A stretch of 64,000 nucleotides of DNA from Eledone cirrhosa (taxonomy: Eukaryota), in NCBI GenBank assembly GCA_964016885.1, contig OZ024740.1, forward strand, positions 74,090,001 through 74,154,000. The letters run 5' to 3'. The notes beneath the pieces are model-generated. The model had not been told where the DNA came from, did no database searches, and saw nothing but the letters and a program-made list of their open reading frames with translations. A program made the position numbers and the translations under genes. Positions 14,357 through 28,268 of this stretch are shown here, in pieces (position 1 is the first letter of the stretch; each line of letters opens with the position of its first letter).

Positions 14357-17300
14357 CATCATCATCATCATCATCACCGTTTTACGTCCGTTCTTCCACG
14401 CTAGCATGGGTTAGACGGGTTGTCCTGTTGTGGGCAGTGTCTGGTCGGCTGACCATGCCTTGCTCATACAGGAACTGATCTGGCTTGATTTCTACAGCTG
14501 GATGCCCTTCCTAACACCAACCTCATTTACAGTGAGTGCTGGGTGCTTTTTCGTGGCGCCTACACGTCCACTTTACAGTGTGGGCTGGGTGCTTTTTTGC
14601 CGTGGCACCTCCACGACCACCTTGCGGTGGGGGGGGGGGGGCATATTGTTTATATGCTTCAGCATGTACCCATGGGAGGTCGGGTACCCTGTATTACTGC
14701 GTGACGCCAGAAGTCACGGTCGTGTGTCATTGACTTTGAGAGGTGTAGTTGGGTAAGGTCGGCTTTTATCACCTCATCCCAAGTCATCTTGGGTCTCCCC
14801 ACTCCGCGGTTTCCATCAACTTCTAGTGCTCTGCACCTTTTTATGCAGCTGTCATCCTTCATACGCATCACATGTCCATACCAGCGTAACCGCCTCTCCT
14901 GCACGCAGCATTTGATTCCTCTTATGCTCAGTCTCTCTCTCAATTCATTTATGCTTTTTCGTTCACGTATATTACTGTTACACATCCATCGGAGCATGCA
15001 GGCTTCGTTTCTCTCTAATCTACGTAAGTCTTCCACCTTCAGCGCCCAGGTCTCACTACCATGCAACATCGCTGTTCGGATACACGCATCATACAGTCTG
15101 CCTTTCATTCTGAGGGAGAAGCCTTTTGCAGCTAGCAGTGGTAGTAGTTCCCTAAACTTCTTCCATCCCGTTCTTACCCTAGTTATTGTACTTTCTGAGC
15201 ACCCACCTCCGTTGCTAATTCGGTCACCTAGGTAGCAGAAGCTGTCTACTGTTTCTACAGGGCCCTCCCAGAGATTGGTGGTACTTGTTTCCTGTGGCTG
15301 TTTGCTTGCTGTTTCAGCACAGCTGCTGCATGTGAATCCTACATTCTTAATTAAGCTTCCTGAGATCCCGCTACATCTCTTGTGTACCCATTGTTTGCAT
15401 TTGGGGCAAAGAATGGAGTTCCTACCTACACCTTTCCTACATACTGAGCAAGGCCATTTCCCTGAGGGGATCTGGGTTCTGTTTTCTCGTCTACTTATAA
15501 GGACCTTAGTCTTTGTCATGTTGACTTTGAGGCCCTTTCTCTCTAGTCCCTGCTTCCAGGTTTGGAATTTATTCTCTAGTTCTACCATAGATTCAGCTAT
15601 GAGTGCGAGGTCATCAGCATACAGGAGTTCCCATGGGCATCCGGTCTTAAACTCCTCCGTTATTGCCTGCAGGACTATGATGAACAGGAGAGGGCTAAGA
15701 ACAGAGCCCTGGTGGACCCCAACCTGTACGCTAAATTCCTCGTTATACTCATTGCCAATCCTAACTTTGCTGACTGCTCCCCTATACATGGCTTGTACCG
15801 CTTTCACAAGCCATTCATCTACTCCTAGTTTTCTAAGAGCCCACCAGATTACTGCACGTGGAACTCTGTCAAAGGCTTTCTCAAGGTCGACAAATGCCAA
15901 GTAGAGTGGCTTACTTTTAGCTAGGTACTTTTCCTGTAATTGCCTCACAAGGAAGAGCGCATCAGTGGTGCCTTTCCCTGGAACAAACCCAAATTGCATC
16001 TCGTCTATATTCACCCGGTCCCTAATCAGCTGTGCTATAACTCTTTCTGTTACTTTCATGACCTGGTCCATCAACTTTATACCTCTATAGTTTCCTCTAT
16101 CTAGTGCATCGCCTTTACCTTTGTAGCAGTTGACAATGATGCTACTGCACCAATCTTTTGGTATGGCCCCCTCTAGTATTACCTGGTTAACGATACGTGT
16201 GGTTATAGTGTGACCTATAGACCCAGATGCCTTCAGCATCTCGGCAGCTATACCCGATGGACCGGTTGCCTTCCCTATCTTCATATCTCTGATTGCCTTA
16301 CTTACTACGCTGCCGCTGACTTGTACTGCTGGTCCCTCTATAGGGTCTACGTGGGGTAGGGTCTCTTCTTCCCATGCATTCTCCTCATTTAGTAATCTAT
16401 CATAATGACTCTTCCATGCATCTTTCTTCTCAGCACTTGTGAGGGCAAGCTCACCTTTATCATTCCGGATACACTTCTCTCCAATGACATCACAACTATC
16501 TCTGACACACTGCCTCGCAATCTTGAATACCTCCTGTTTCTGGTCCTCACGTTGTAAAACATGCTTGAATTTTCTATCCTCTGCTTCCCTCCTAGCTAAG
16601 TATACTTGTCGCCTAGCTTCCCTCTTGGTCTCTATGTAATGTACCCTGCTCCCCCCGTTCTTCCATTCTTTCCATGCCTGTCTCTTGGCCTTGACTGCTT
16701 CATCTACCTTATTGTTCCACCACCAAGTCACTCTCCTCCTGCTTGAGGTCTTACTCCAGCCACAAACCTCATCCGTCGCCTCTAGTAAGTTATTTTTTAG
16801 GAACTCCCAGTTCTCTTCTACGTTAAATGTCTCTATCTGTTCTTCTTTACTGTCGTAGGCGTTGAGTAAAATATCTTTAAATCTGTTACTGGTTGAGGGG
16901 ACTTTCAGCTTCCAGATCTTTCTTCTCCAGGTTGGCCTCTGTTTCAGGGCTCGTCTAGTTCTGACCGTGAGGTCGCTGACAACTAAGCTATGTTGGGATG
17001 TACATTCCTCACTAGGGAAGGCTTTTGTGTTTACGACCGTCCATCTGTCACGTCCTCTGATGAGGATAAAATCTAACTGACTAGAGTGCTCCCCTGATCT
17101 ATAGGTGATCAGGTGGTTGTCGGGTTTTTTAAAGTTTGTGTTACATATCGACATGTCATTGGCGTCGCAGAATTCTAGAAGTCTGAATCCTTCCTCATTC
17201 CTTGTGCCAACTCCATGGCCTCCATGTACTCTATTGAAGCCGTCGCAGTGTTTACCTACGTGTCCGTTAAAATCTCCTGCAATGATTAGGAAGTCCTTGT

Positions 17301-17360
17301 CGTCTGTTAGAGCAGTAGTGTGTATTAGGGACTCGTAAAACCTATCCTTAAGTTCGTCAC
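14357..17360 (-). mobile_element. RTE LINE subfamily B, 5'-truncated inside the AP endonuclease, ORF uninterrupted
   Basis: ORF 14659..17388: AGDFNGH, SQH, NYRGI, FVDLEKAFD, YADD, PHD-like insert; (GAT)n tail. Confidence 0.95.
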
Positions 17361-17685
17361 TCGTAAAACCTATCCTTAAGTTCGTCACTCGTAAAACCTA
17401 TCCTTAAGTTCGTCACTCGTAAAACCTATCCTTAAGTTCGTCACTCGTAAAACCTATCCTTAAGTTCGTCACTCGTAAAACCTATCCTTAAGTTCGTCTC
17501 TCGTAAAACCTATCCTTAAGTTCGTCACTCGTAAAACCTATCCTTAAGTTCGTCACTCGTAAAACCTATCCTTAAGTTCGTCACTCGTAAAACCTATCCT
17601 TAAGTTCGTCACTCGTAAAACCTATCCTTAAGTTCGTCACTCGTAAAACCTATCCTTAAGTTCGTCTCTATCCTTAAGTTCGTCA
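17331..17685. repeat. 28-bp tandem array (~12 units) of tcgtaaaacctatccttaagttcgtcac
   Basis: The unit is the LINE's own terminal sequence, coding DELKDRFY. Confidence 0.95.
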
Positions 17686-17806
17686 TATACATATATATAT
17701 ATATATACTATATACATATATATATATATATGTATATAGTACGTCATATACATATATATATATATATACTATATATACATATATATATACATATATATAT
17801 ATATAC

Positions 17807-17872
<66 letters not shown>

Positions 17873-17899
17873 CATATATATATACATATATATATATAC

Positions 17900-17984
<85 letters not shown>

Positions 17985-18504
17985 CTATATATATATATAT
18001 ATATATATACATATATACAAAATGTTAAAACGATCAAATTTTAGTTTAGAACATTTATTTGCTGCCAATTCTTTCTTCCAGAGGGAAGTCTGGAATCATC
18101 GGAGTATAGGAAATGTCGAAACATGTGACTAAAATCCCAGTCATTTAGAACATTTAGGGTACGTAATTGTTGTTAGTGTCATATATACATATATCCAGGG
18201 AGTGTAACACGGAGTTACTGTAGGTTCACCCTTATTTATATATATATATATATATAAAAAACATGAGAAGAAAGAAGAATACTGCGTGGTTGCACATGGG
18301 TTACATATGATAAAAATAGTCCTTCGTCAGTGATTTGCCAACCATCATTGATATTTCATCGCATTAAAAATCATATACCTCAGGTTGGTGCGAGCATAAC
18401 TAAAAAAAGCTATTGGGACAAGTAAATGACGTAAAGCGAGTCAGACAAGTAAACAACATAGAAGGAGAAAGCAACGAGAGAGAGAGATAGAGAGATAGAT
18501 GATA

Positions 18505-18652
18505 TTGGCAGAGTCACTAGAACGTTGGATAGAATGCTTTATGGTATTCATTCTAGCTCTCTGCTCTCCGAGTTCAAATCCTGTTGAGGTCAACTTTGCC
18601 TTTCATCCTTTCAAAGACGATAAAAAAAGTACCAGTCTAGTACTGGGGTCAA
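18505..18652 (+). mobile_element. SINE with Nin/Deu-like core
   Basis: B-box gagttcaaatcc followed by gtcaactttgcctttcatcctttc..gataaaa..agtaccag. Confidence 0.7.
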
Positions 18653-19142
18653 TTCTTCCTCTATATCGCTTTCTCATTTTCTCTCTCTTACTTTTTATCT
18701 TTCTCTGGAAGAAATCTGCTGTATTCAGGCCTGGAGAGGAATGGACTCAACCAGGCTTAAAATACTCAAGAAATACTGTATGTCAATACAGCACCCCTAC
18801 CACTCTATCAGGAGTTATGGGAACATACAAGCATGCATATCATACACACACACACACATATATATATATGTGTGTGTATAGCGCCCCACCACCCACCGAC
18901 CAACAAGCGACCAGACAGACTACTACACTGCCAGTAGCAAAGACTGAATATAGGTAGTACAATGCATTGACAGCTAGCACCATCCCACTCCCACAATAAA
19001 GAGGAGCTGCCTTGACCTTTGCTTGACCGCACATATTCCGCACACACGTGCACTCTACAGAATATCTCAGTTACACACAAACAGCGGACAACAGAGGCCA
19101 CGTACAATTCCTCTCCGACAGATATCTTTCCCCCTCGGAAAA

Positions 19143-19180
19143 CCCCCCAGATGATGGATGCGAAATCCGAAATATAGGGA
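19143..19180 (+). ncRNA. Minimal hammerhead-like motif with a variant core (CAGATGA)
   Basis: ccc-CAGATGA-t-ggat gcgaa atcc-GAAA-TATA-ggg. Confidence 0.55.
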
Positions 19181-19383
19181 CAATTAAATCTCCTCCAAGG
19201 TAACTCTATCTAAGTGTTATTTTTATTTTTTACGCTCTTTCCTACATTCCTCTAAATGCTATACATCTCATTCTACATTTCCTCTTACATCTCTCTCTTC
19301 ACCACCAGATTCTGTTACCCGGAGCTTTACGCATCTGCATTGTTGAGGCTTCCAAAATGACCAAAAATTTTATATATATATAT

Positions 19384-22011
19384 CATCATCATCACTGTTT
19401 TACGTCCGTTCTTCCATGCTAGCATGGGTTAGACGGGTTGTCCTGTTGTGGGGAGTGTCCAGTCGGCTGGCCTTGTCTTGCTCATATGGGAACTGATTCT
19501 GGCTTGATTTCTACAGCTGGATGCCCTTCCTAACACCAACCTCATTTACAGTGAGTTTACAGTAAGTACTGGGTGCTTTTTTTCCGTGGCACCTACACGT
19601 CCACTTTACAGTGTGGGCTGGGTGCTTTTTTGCCATGGCACCTCCACGACCACTTTGCAGTGGGAGGGTGTGGGGGCATATTGTCTATATGCTTCAGCTT
19701 GGCTTGTACCCGTGGGGGGTCGGGTCTTCTGTATTACTGCGTGACGCCAGAGGACACGGTCGTGTGTCATCGCCTTTGAGAGGTGTAATTGGGTAAGGTC
19801 GGCTTTTATCACCTCATCCCAGGTCTTCTTGGGTCTCCCCGCACCGCGGTTTCCATCGACTTCTAGTGCTCTGCACCTTTTTATGCAGCTGTCATCCTTC
19901 ATACGCATCTCATGTTCCATACCAATGCAACCGCCTCTCCTGCACACAGCATTTGATTCCTCTTATGCTCAGTCTCTCTCTCAATTCATTTATGCTTTGC
20001 CGTTTGCGTACATTATTATTACACATCCATCGGAGCATGCAGGCTTCGTTTCTTTCTAATCTGCGCAAGTCTTCTACAGACAGCGCCCAGATTTCACTTC
20101 CATGTAACATTGCTGTTCGTATCATACACGCATCATACAGTCTGCCTTTCATTTTGAGGGAAAAGCCTTTTGCAGCTAGCAATGGTAGTAGTTCCCTGAA
20201 CTTCTTCCATCCCGTTCTTACCCTAGTTATTGTACTTTCCGAACACCCACCTCCGCTGCTAATTCGGTCACCTAGGTAGCAGAAGATGTCTACTGTTTCT
20301 ACAGAGCCCTCCCAGAGATTGGTGGTACTTGTTTCCTGTGGCTGTTTGCTGCTTGCTGTCCCAGCACAGCTGCTACATGTGAAGCCTACATTCTTAATTA
20401 AGCTTCCTGAGATCCCGCTACATCTCTTGTGTACCCATTGTTTGCATTTGGGGCAGAGAATGGAGTTCCTAACTACACCTTTCCTACATACTGAGCAAGG
20501 CCATTTCCCTGAGGGGATGTGGGGTCTGTTTTCTCGTCTACTTACAAGGACCTTAGTCTTTGTCAGGTTGACTTTGAGACCCTTTCTTTCTAGTCCCTGC
20601 TTCCAAGTTTGGAATTTCTTCTCTAGTTCTACCACAGATTCAGCTATAAGTGCGAGGTCATCTGCATACAGGAGTTCCCATGGGCATCTGGTCTTAAACT
20701 CCTCCGTTATTGCCTGCAGGACTATGATGAACAGGAGAGGGCTAAGAACAGAGCCCTGGTGGACACCGACCTGTACTAAATTCCTCGCTATACTCATTGC
20801 TAATCCTAACTTTGCTGACTGCTCCCCTATACATGGCTTGTACAGCTTTCACAAGCCATTCATCTACTCCTAGTTTTCTAAGAGCCCACCGGATTATAGT
20901 ACGGGGAACTCTGTCAAAGGCTTTCTCGAGATCAACGAATGCCAGGTATAGCGGCTTACTTTTAGCTAGGTACTTTTCCTGTAACTGCCTCACAAGGAAG
21001 AGGGCATCAGTGGTGCCTCTTCCTGGCACAAACCCAAATTGCATCTCAACTAGTTTCACCCGGTCCCTAATCAACTGTGCTATAACTCTTTCTGTTACTT
21101 TCATGACCTGGTCCATCAGCTTTAAACCTCTATAGTTTCCTCTATCTAGTGCATCACCTTTACCTTTGTAGCAGTTGACAATGATGCTACTGCACCAATC
21201 TTTGGTATGACACCTTCTAGTATTACCTGGTTAACAATACGTGTGGTTATAGTGTGACCTACAGACCCAGATGCCTTCAGCATCTCGGCAGCAATACCCG
21301 ATGGAGCAGTTGCCTTCCCCGTCTTCATATCTTTGATTGCCTTACTTACTACGCTGCTGCTGACTTGTATTGCTGGCCCCTCTATAGGGTCTACTTGGGG
21401 TAGGGTCTCTTCTTCCCATGCATTCTCCTCATTTAATTATCTATCATAATGGCTCTTCCACACATCTTTCTTCTCAGTACTTGTGAGGGCAAGCTCACCT
21501 TTATCATTCTGGATACACTTCTCTCCAATGACATCACAATTCTCTCTGACACACTGCCTCGCAATCTTGAACAGCTCCTGTTTCTGGTCCTCACGTTGCA
21601 AAACATGCTTGAATTTTCTATCCTCTGCTTCCCTCCTAGCTAAGTATACTTGTCGCCTAGCTTCCCTCTTAGTCTCTATGTAATGTACCCTGCTCCCCCC
21701 CCCCCCTGTTCTTCCATTCTTTTCATGCCTGTCTCTTGGCCTTAACTGCCTCATCTACCTTATTGTTCCACCACCAAGTCACTCTCCTCCTGCTTGTGGT
21801 CTTACTCCAGCCACAGATCTCATCCGTCGCCTGTAGTAAGTTATTTTTTAAGAACTCCCAGTGCTCTTCTACATTGAATGTCTCTATCTGTTCTTCTTTA
21901 CTGTTGTAGGCATTGAGTAAAATATCTTTAAATCTGTTACTGGCCGAGGGGTCTTTCAGCTTCTAGATCTTTCTTCTCCAGGTTGGCCTCTGCTTCCAGG
22001 TTCGTCTAGTA
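19384..22011 (-). mobile_element. RTE LINE, subfamily B-like, with several frameshifts
   Basis: Fragmented ORFs 21437..21754, 21146..21328, 20742..21116, 19910..20797 are colinear with 14659..17388. Confidence 0.93.
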
Positions 22012-22169
22012 TTTATTTCCTTTACCAGTTTCACAGTTCTTATGTTTTTCAAAAGTAAAATTGAAATGGAGGGTTTGTGGTTTGTCAAAGGCTACTCAGT
22101 TCTTTGAGAATATATATTTTAATAGCTCAAACTTTTTTCTAACTTGTTCTGATTATTGTTTCTTTTCAG

Positions 22170-22880
22170 ATGAATAATGACAGACATCAAGCTAACTCAG
22201 CAAATAAAAAAAGCCCACTGTAATTGTTGCCTTAAAGGCAGAGCATAGTAATTTAGAGATTACTCGCTTTCTGAAGGTTTCAGTCATTTGTTGTCAAAGT
22301 TCACAAAGAACTTGAAGCCACTGGCAGGAATTGTACAACAGTAGTCAAACATAAAACACCTGCTTAGGATCCTAATACAATCAGAACACCCAAATTTGTA
22401 TGAAAGGTGCAGAAAAGTATTGATAAGAACACCAGAAAATAAATTAGCACCATTGATACGGAGCTCAAGGTTTTAAGGCACACTATCAGAAGAATTGTAC
22501 ATGAGGACCTTCGATGTGATGTGGAGAGGCAAATTTATGTCTGAAAAAACAAAAGATCCACACAAAGCACTTGCTGAACAAGTTGAAACATCAAAAGCCT
22601 TCTCTAATGAGAAAAACTTTGAACATGACCAAAATTTCAACTGAAGGAATGACAGATAGATATGCAGAGACTCTAAAGATGTTCCAGTGGTGATGCACAC
22701 TAAGCTTCCAGCAACTGCAATGTTTCTAAGCATTGTGAGCATCAAGGAAGATGTCATACCTTCTTACTTCTTTCCTCAGGGCTTAAGGGTCAATGCTGCT
22801 GAATAAAAGGTGCTGAAAAGGGATGTGAGGGCTTAGATAGAGAGCGTGAGCAAAGGCAGACTGTATACCTACCATCAACA
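22170..22880 (+). pseudogene. Decayed Tc1/mariner (maT/DD37D-like) transposase
   Basis: TIRRIVHEDL..FSNEKNF..RNDR..VPVVMHTKLPAT..FFPQGLRVNAA with stops. Confidence 0.75.
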
Positions 22881-23089
22881 CTGAACTGTCACATAAGGTA
22901 ACCCTACCTATCTCTCCATCACAACCTCACCCACACATCCCTCACACCATAAATCCTCATATACTAATCAGCCATCCCAACCCGTTACTCATTTCCCTGC
23001 CAAATCCCCATATACAGCTATAACTTCATACCTATGTCACTCCTCACAGCTAATGGCTCTACAGTTGGGTCTATAACCAACAATTCTCT

Positions 23090-23517
23090 AGTGATGGTGC
23101 CACGAAAATGCACCCGGTACACTCTGTAAGGGTAGTTGGCAACAGGAAGAGCACCCTGCTGTATAAACCATGCCTAAAAGGGTTGAGAGGATCCTTTAGT
23201 TGTGTAAAAAACACAACTTCTCTAATGTTGGTGATCTACATGCTAAATGCACCCAATACACGCTGTAGTGGTTGGTGTTAGGAAGGACATCCATCCAGCC
23301 ATAGAAAGCTTGCCAAACAAGGGGTTAAGAGGACCCTTCAGTTTGTGTCAAAATACATGACATCTTCTCTGCACTCAATATGACTGTACGTAAGTAGGAT
23401 ATAGACCCCTCGACCTGTCTGGGTGGTCAGTAGCTCTGCTTCAGTACTGACTTGGTCTATGTAGACCTGTCCAACCCTTGCTAGCAGGGAAAGCAGATGT
23501 TAAATGATGATTATGAT
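23090..23517 (+). mobile_element. Old RTE-3'UTR-derived repeat; relatives at about 34225-34557 and 59655-59945
   Basis: cacccggtacactctgtaag..ggttggtgttaggaagg..tgctagcaggg..gatgat. Confidence 0.65.
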
Positions 23518-23573
23518 ATATATATATAAGGGACTGTTAAAGTTTGCTTGAAGCATTGCAGAATATGAAAAAT

Positions 23574-23653
23574 AGTCGTTTTGGAAGCCTCACCAATGCA
23601 GATGGATAAATCCCCAGAGATTTACCCATCTGCATTGTTGAGGCTTCCAAAAC

Positions 23654-23659
<6 letters not shown>
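23574..23659. repeat. Fold-back hairpin, ~40 bp arms
   Basis: tagtcgttttggaagcctca..atggataaatc / gatttacccat..tgaggcttccaaaacgacta. Confidence 0.9.
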
Positions 23660-23724
<65 letters not shown>

Positions 23725-23977
23725 TACAATACATACATACTTGTGTATGTGCATGCTAGCTGCCAGAAATGTCATATTAACACCGGTTGTAAAATCTGTA
23801 ATGATATTTGTTTATGTCGCTCATAAACAATATGTTCAGCTGTACAGTGATTCAACAAAACGTTAGGGACAGATATCACATTTAGAATAAGATATGGGTT
23901 AGCATCACAAAATGCATTCATCACTGGTAAAAACAGACATAAAAACAATGATAATGATGATGCTATATATATGACAG

Positions 23978-24120
23978 TGTTCTACACAGTTTTTGCTTGC
24001 CAAACCTCCTTGCACTAGTACTATCTATTATAGTCTGAGGCTATAGTAGAAGACACTAGCTCAAATACTGAACCTGAAACCACATGGTTGTAAAGTGAAC
24101 TTCTTAATTACATAGCCATA
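23978..24120 (-). mobile_element. Old tRNA/CORE-like SINE; relatives at about 34762-34905, 57364-57522, 59148-59310
   Basis: Shared ..ctatagtagaagacact..ggttg..aagtgaacttcttaa..cagccat. Confidence 0.6.
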
Positions 24121-25830
24121 TGTGTATGTATATAACATACATGCTTAACATACAAACACATATAAAAAAAGATGCACACATACCTATACTTAGTTATCTG
24201 TTTTGGAATAAGAGAGTCATTCCTTGTTTACCTGAAGGTGTTGGCTCTAGAACTAAATCTCAATGAAAATATTACCAAATATTAACTTTAAAAAGTGGTA
24301 ACATTTTGCCATATAAATCTTCAAACTTACTCGTTTTGAACATATAAGACTTAAAATAGACAGTAATTTCTGCAGGATATTCATTAAGATAGGAAAGGAA
24401 CCACAGGTGTGCTCATTAAAGGTATTCAGATTATTTCAATCAAGAAGGCATCATTCACTGAATGAAATGCACTATTCAAGGAGAATAAAGAAATTGGAAA
24501 GAATTTTGGCCCAAAGTTGTCTGCTAAAACAGGCACCTGAGTTGCTGTCACAATGGCACAATTTTCTAGAGATGCAATAATAATCATAAGTCATAAGGGA
24601 AAATATATTTTATGTAATTCATATAATGCAACAAATTGGAAGAGTAATCAGAGCACTGGACAAAAAAAAATGGCTTGTGGTATTAGTTCTGGCTCTCTCT
24701 GTTCAAATGCTACCAAAGCCAACTTTGTCTACCATTCCTTCAGGGAAGAGAAAAGGAACCAAGTTTGTCTATCTCCTCACAATGGGGTCTGAAAACTGAT
24801 CTTGATCAGGTGAATGACAACCTGAGACAAACTCATGGATGATGGAGGAGGAGGAGGAATAAGAGAATAAGAGAATGTCTGAAAAGTTAAGAACATGACT
24901 ACTTCTGGTGCCTTACAGCTCTGGATTGAAGCCTGGTCAACATTGATTTTGCTTAAAATTTTTCTTAGATAATAAAATATGTAACTGGTATGATACTGTG
25001 ATTAATAGATTATTTGCTTCATCTACAGCAAAGGTTCTCAACCCATTTCAGCCAAACGTCCCCTTTTGCCCCTTGAAATCACGAAACGCCCTCCTACCAT
25101 ATTTTTCCATTTTTCAATATACTACTGATTTTTATATCAGTAGATTACTGGGCCAAATCAAGTTATGTTAGAATCTTTAAAAAATACTTGTACGAATTAA
25201 ATACAAAAAAGTTTCAGTCTAAAACAAAAGCAAGCTATTTCAAATTCTATATTTTTGAAAAATAAAAAAGATTTGATCCCAGTCAAAAAAGCTTTTTTTT
25301 TTAAATTCTATATTTCATTGTTAGCTGTTGTAATATTTTGATTCTCTGAAATCACAAACTCAGGGGAAAAATAGTACCTTGCAAAATAAAATACCTCGTA
25401 GCAAAATAAAATACTTAGTAGTAACAAATGAATTGAGAAGCTTGGTGACAGTGAGAAAGCCATATCTGTATCCCTTATATATATATACATAGATAGATAC
25501 ACACACACATATACATACACACAAACTTGTGTGTGTGTGTCTTGGTTTTGGTACAGAAAGAATTTTGTCTCCAGTTTTTATTGCCAGGTCAAAGGCCACT
25601 GCTCTTTTCAACAACACCAAATAACAAAATAACAACGCCATATATATATATATATATATAAAAATGAAGAGAGAAAGAGGGAGGGACAGAGAGAGTAAGA
25701 AATGTCTGTGTGTGCCATGTGTTTGGTACACGTCTATCTATCTATCTATCAATCTATCTCCAACAGGGGACTCAAACATGGTAAACCAAACTGAAAAAAG
25801 AAAATATTTATATATATATGTGTGTGTGTG

Positions 25831-25884
<54 letters not shown>

Positions 25885-26166
25885 CACATACATACATATA
25901 TCTCTACTACGGTAACCTTTCTACCTTTGTTTTGCTTTCATCTTTGTCTCTCTCAATTTTCACTTTCACCTGTTTTTCCTATCTATATTTCACTTCCTAC
26001 CTCGAGATTTCCCTTTGCATTGTTGTGGCTTTCTTAAATACATATATGTATATATATCCTTACACACTTAAATATAAATGCATGTATATATACAAATGTA
26101 TAAATGCATAGCTATATACATACGTAAATGTATGTATGTATATATGTATGTAGAGTTATATATATA

Positions 26167-26540
26167 CATCATCATCATCATCGTTTAACGTCGATCTTCC
26201 ACGCTTGCATGGGTTTGGACGGGAGTTTTACCACTTGAGGCAAGATTTGTTGTCCTGCTCGTATAGGACTGTATGGCGGGTTTTCTACGGCTGGATGCCC
26301 TTCCTAACACCAACCACGTTTACAGTGTGGACTGGGAGGTTTTTACCGTGTTACCTACACAGCCACATTACAGCGTGGACTGTGTGTTTTTTTTGTCGTG
26401 ACACCTACACGACCTCATTTGTTTCGGACTGGATGTTGTGGTACCAACATAACTTTACATTGAAGGGGTGGTGTGGATGGGATTGGGGTAGTGGGACGGG
26501 GGTGTATTTTGTTAGAGGTGCCTACTGACTGTAGGTTTCT
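26167..26540 (-). mobile_element. RTE subfamily A 3'UTR only
   Basis: Reverse complement of about 7020-7395. Confidence 0.9.
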
Positions 26541-26561
26541 GACTGTATATCTACAAATATA

Positions 26562-28268
26562 TCATCATCATCATCATCATCACCGTTTTACGTCCGTTCT
26601 TCCACGCTAGCATGGGTTAGACGGGTTGTCCTGTTGTGGGCAGTGTCTGGTCGGCTGACCATGCCTTGCTCATACAGGAACTGATCTGGCTTGATTTCTA
26701 CAGCTGGATGCCCTTCCTAACACCAACCTCATTTACAGTGAGTGCTGGGTGCTTTTTCGTGGCGCCTACACGTCCACTTTACAGTGTGGGCTGGGTGCTT
26801 TTTTGCCGTGGCACCTCCACGACCACCTTGCGGTGGGGGGGGGGCATATTGTTTATATGCTTCAGCATGTACCCATGGGAGGTCGGGTACCCTGTATTAC
26901 TGCGTGACGCCAGAAGTCACGGTCGTGTGTCATTGACTTTGAGAGGTGTAGTTGGGTAAGGTCGGCTTTTATCACCTCATCCCAAGTCATCTTGGGTCTC
27001 CCCACTCCGCGGTTTCCATCAACTTCTAGTGCTCTGCACCTTTTTATGCAGCTGTCATCCTTCATACGCATCACATGTCCATACCAGCGTAACCGCCTCT
27101 CCTGGACGCAGCATTTGATTCCTCTTATGCTCAGTCTCTCTCTCAATTCATTTATGCTTTGTCGTTCACGTATATTACTGTTACACATCCATCGGAGCAT
27201 GCAGGCTTCGTTTCTCTCTAATCTACGTAAGTCTTCCACCTTCAGCGCCCAGGTCTCACTACCATGCAACATCGCTGTTCGGATACACGCATCATACAGT
27301 CTGCCTTTCATTCTGAGGGAGAAGCCTTTTGCAGCTAGCAGTGGTAGTAGTTCCCTAAACTTCTTCCATCCCGTTCTTACCCTAGTTATTGTACTTTCTG
27401 AGCACCCACCTCCGTTGCTAATTCGGTCACCTAGGTAGCAGAAGCTGTCTACTGTTTCTACAGGGCCCTCCCAGAGATTGGTGGTACTTGTTTCCTGTGG
27501 CTGTTTGCTTGCTGTTTCAGCACAGCTGCTGCATGTGAATCCTACATTCTTAATTAAGCTTCCTGAGATCCCGCTACATCTCTTGTGTACCCATTGTTTG
27601 CATTTGGGGCAAAGAATGGAGTTCCTACCTACACCTTTCCTACATACTGAGCAAGGCCATTTCCCTGAGGGGATCTGGGTTCTGTTTTCTCGTCTACTTA
27701 TAAGGACCTTAGTCTTTGTCATGTTGACTTTGAGGCCCTTTCTCTCTAGTCCCTGCTTCCAGGTTTGGAATTTATTCTCTAGTTCTACCATAGATTCAGC
27801 TATGAGTGCGAGGTCATCAGCATACAGGAGTTCCCATGGGCATCCGGTCTTAAACTCCTCCGTTATTGCCTGCAGGACTATGATGAACAGGAGAGGGCTA
27901 AGAACAGAGCCCTGGTGGACCCCAACCTGTACGCTAAATTCCTCGCTATACTCATTGCCAATCCTAACTTTGCTGACTGCTCCCCTATACATGGCTTGTA
28001 CCGCTTTCACAAGCCATTCATCTACTCCTAGTTTTCTAAGAGCCCACCAGATTACTGCACGTGGAACTCTGTCAAAGGCTTTCTCAAGGTCGACAAATGC
28101 CAAGTAGAGTGGCTTACTTTTAGCTAGGTACTTTTCCTGTAATTGCCTCACAAGGAAGAGCGCATCAGTGGTGCCTTTCCCTGGAACAAACCCAAATTGC
28201 ATCTCGTCTATATTCACCCGGTCCCTAATCAGCTGTGCTATAACTCTTTCTGTTACTTTCATGACCTG
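26562..28268 (-). mobile_element. RTE subfamily B, 5'-truncated
   Basis: ORF 26862..28262 nearly identical to the C-terminal half of 14659..17388. Confidence 0.95.

Noticed and set aside
14789-17338. Antisense ORFs recurring over every RTE copy
   Set aside because: Shadow frames of the LINE ORF; they recur only because the copies are near-identical.
17331-17685. CRISPR-like appearance of the 28-bp repeats
   Set aside because: No spacers, no cas genes, eukaryotic context, and the unit derives from the adjacent LINE.
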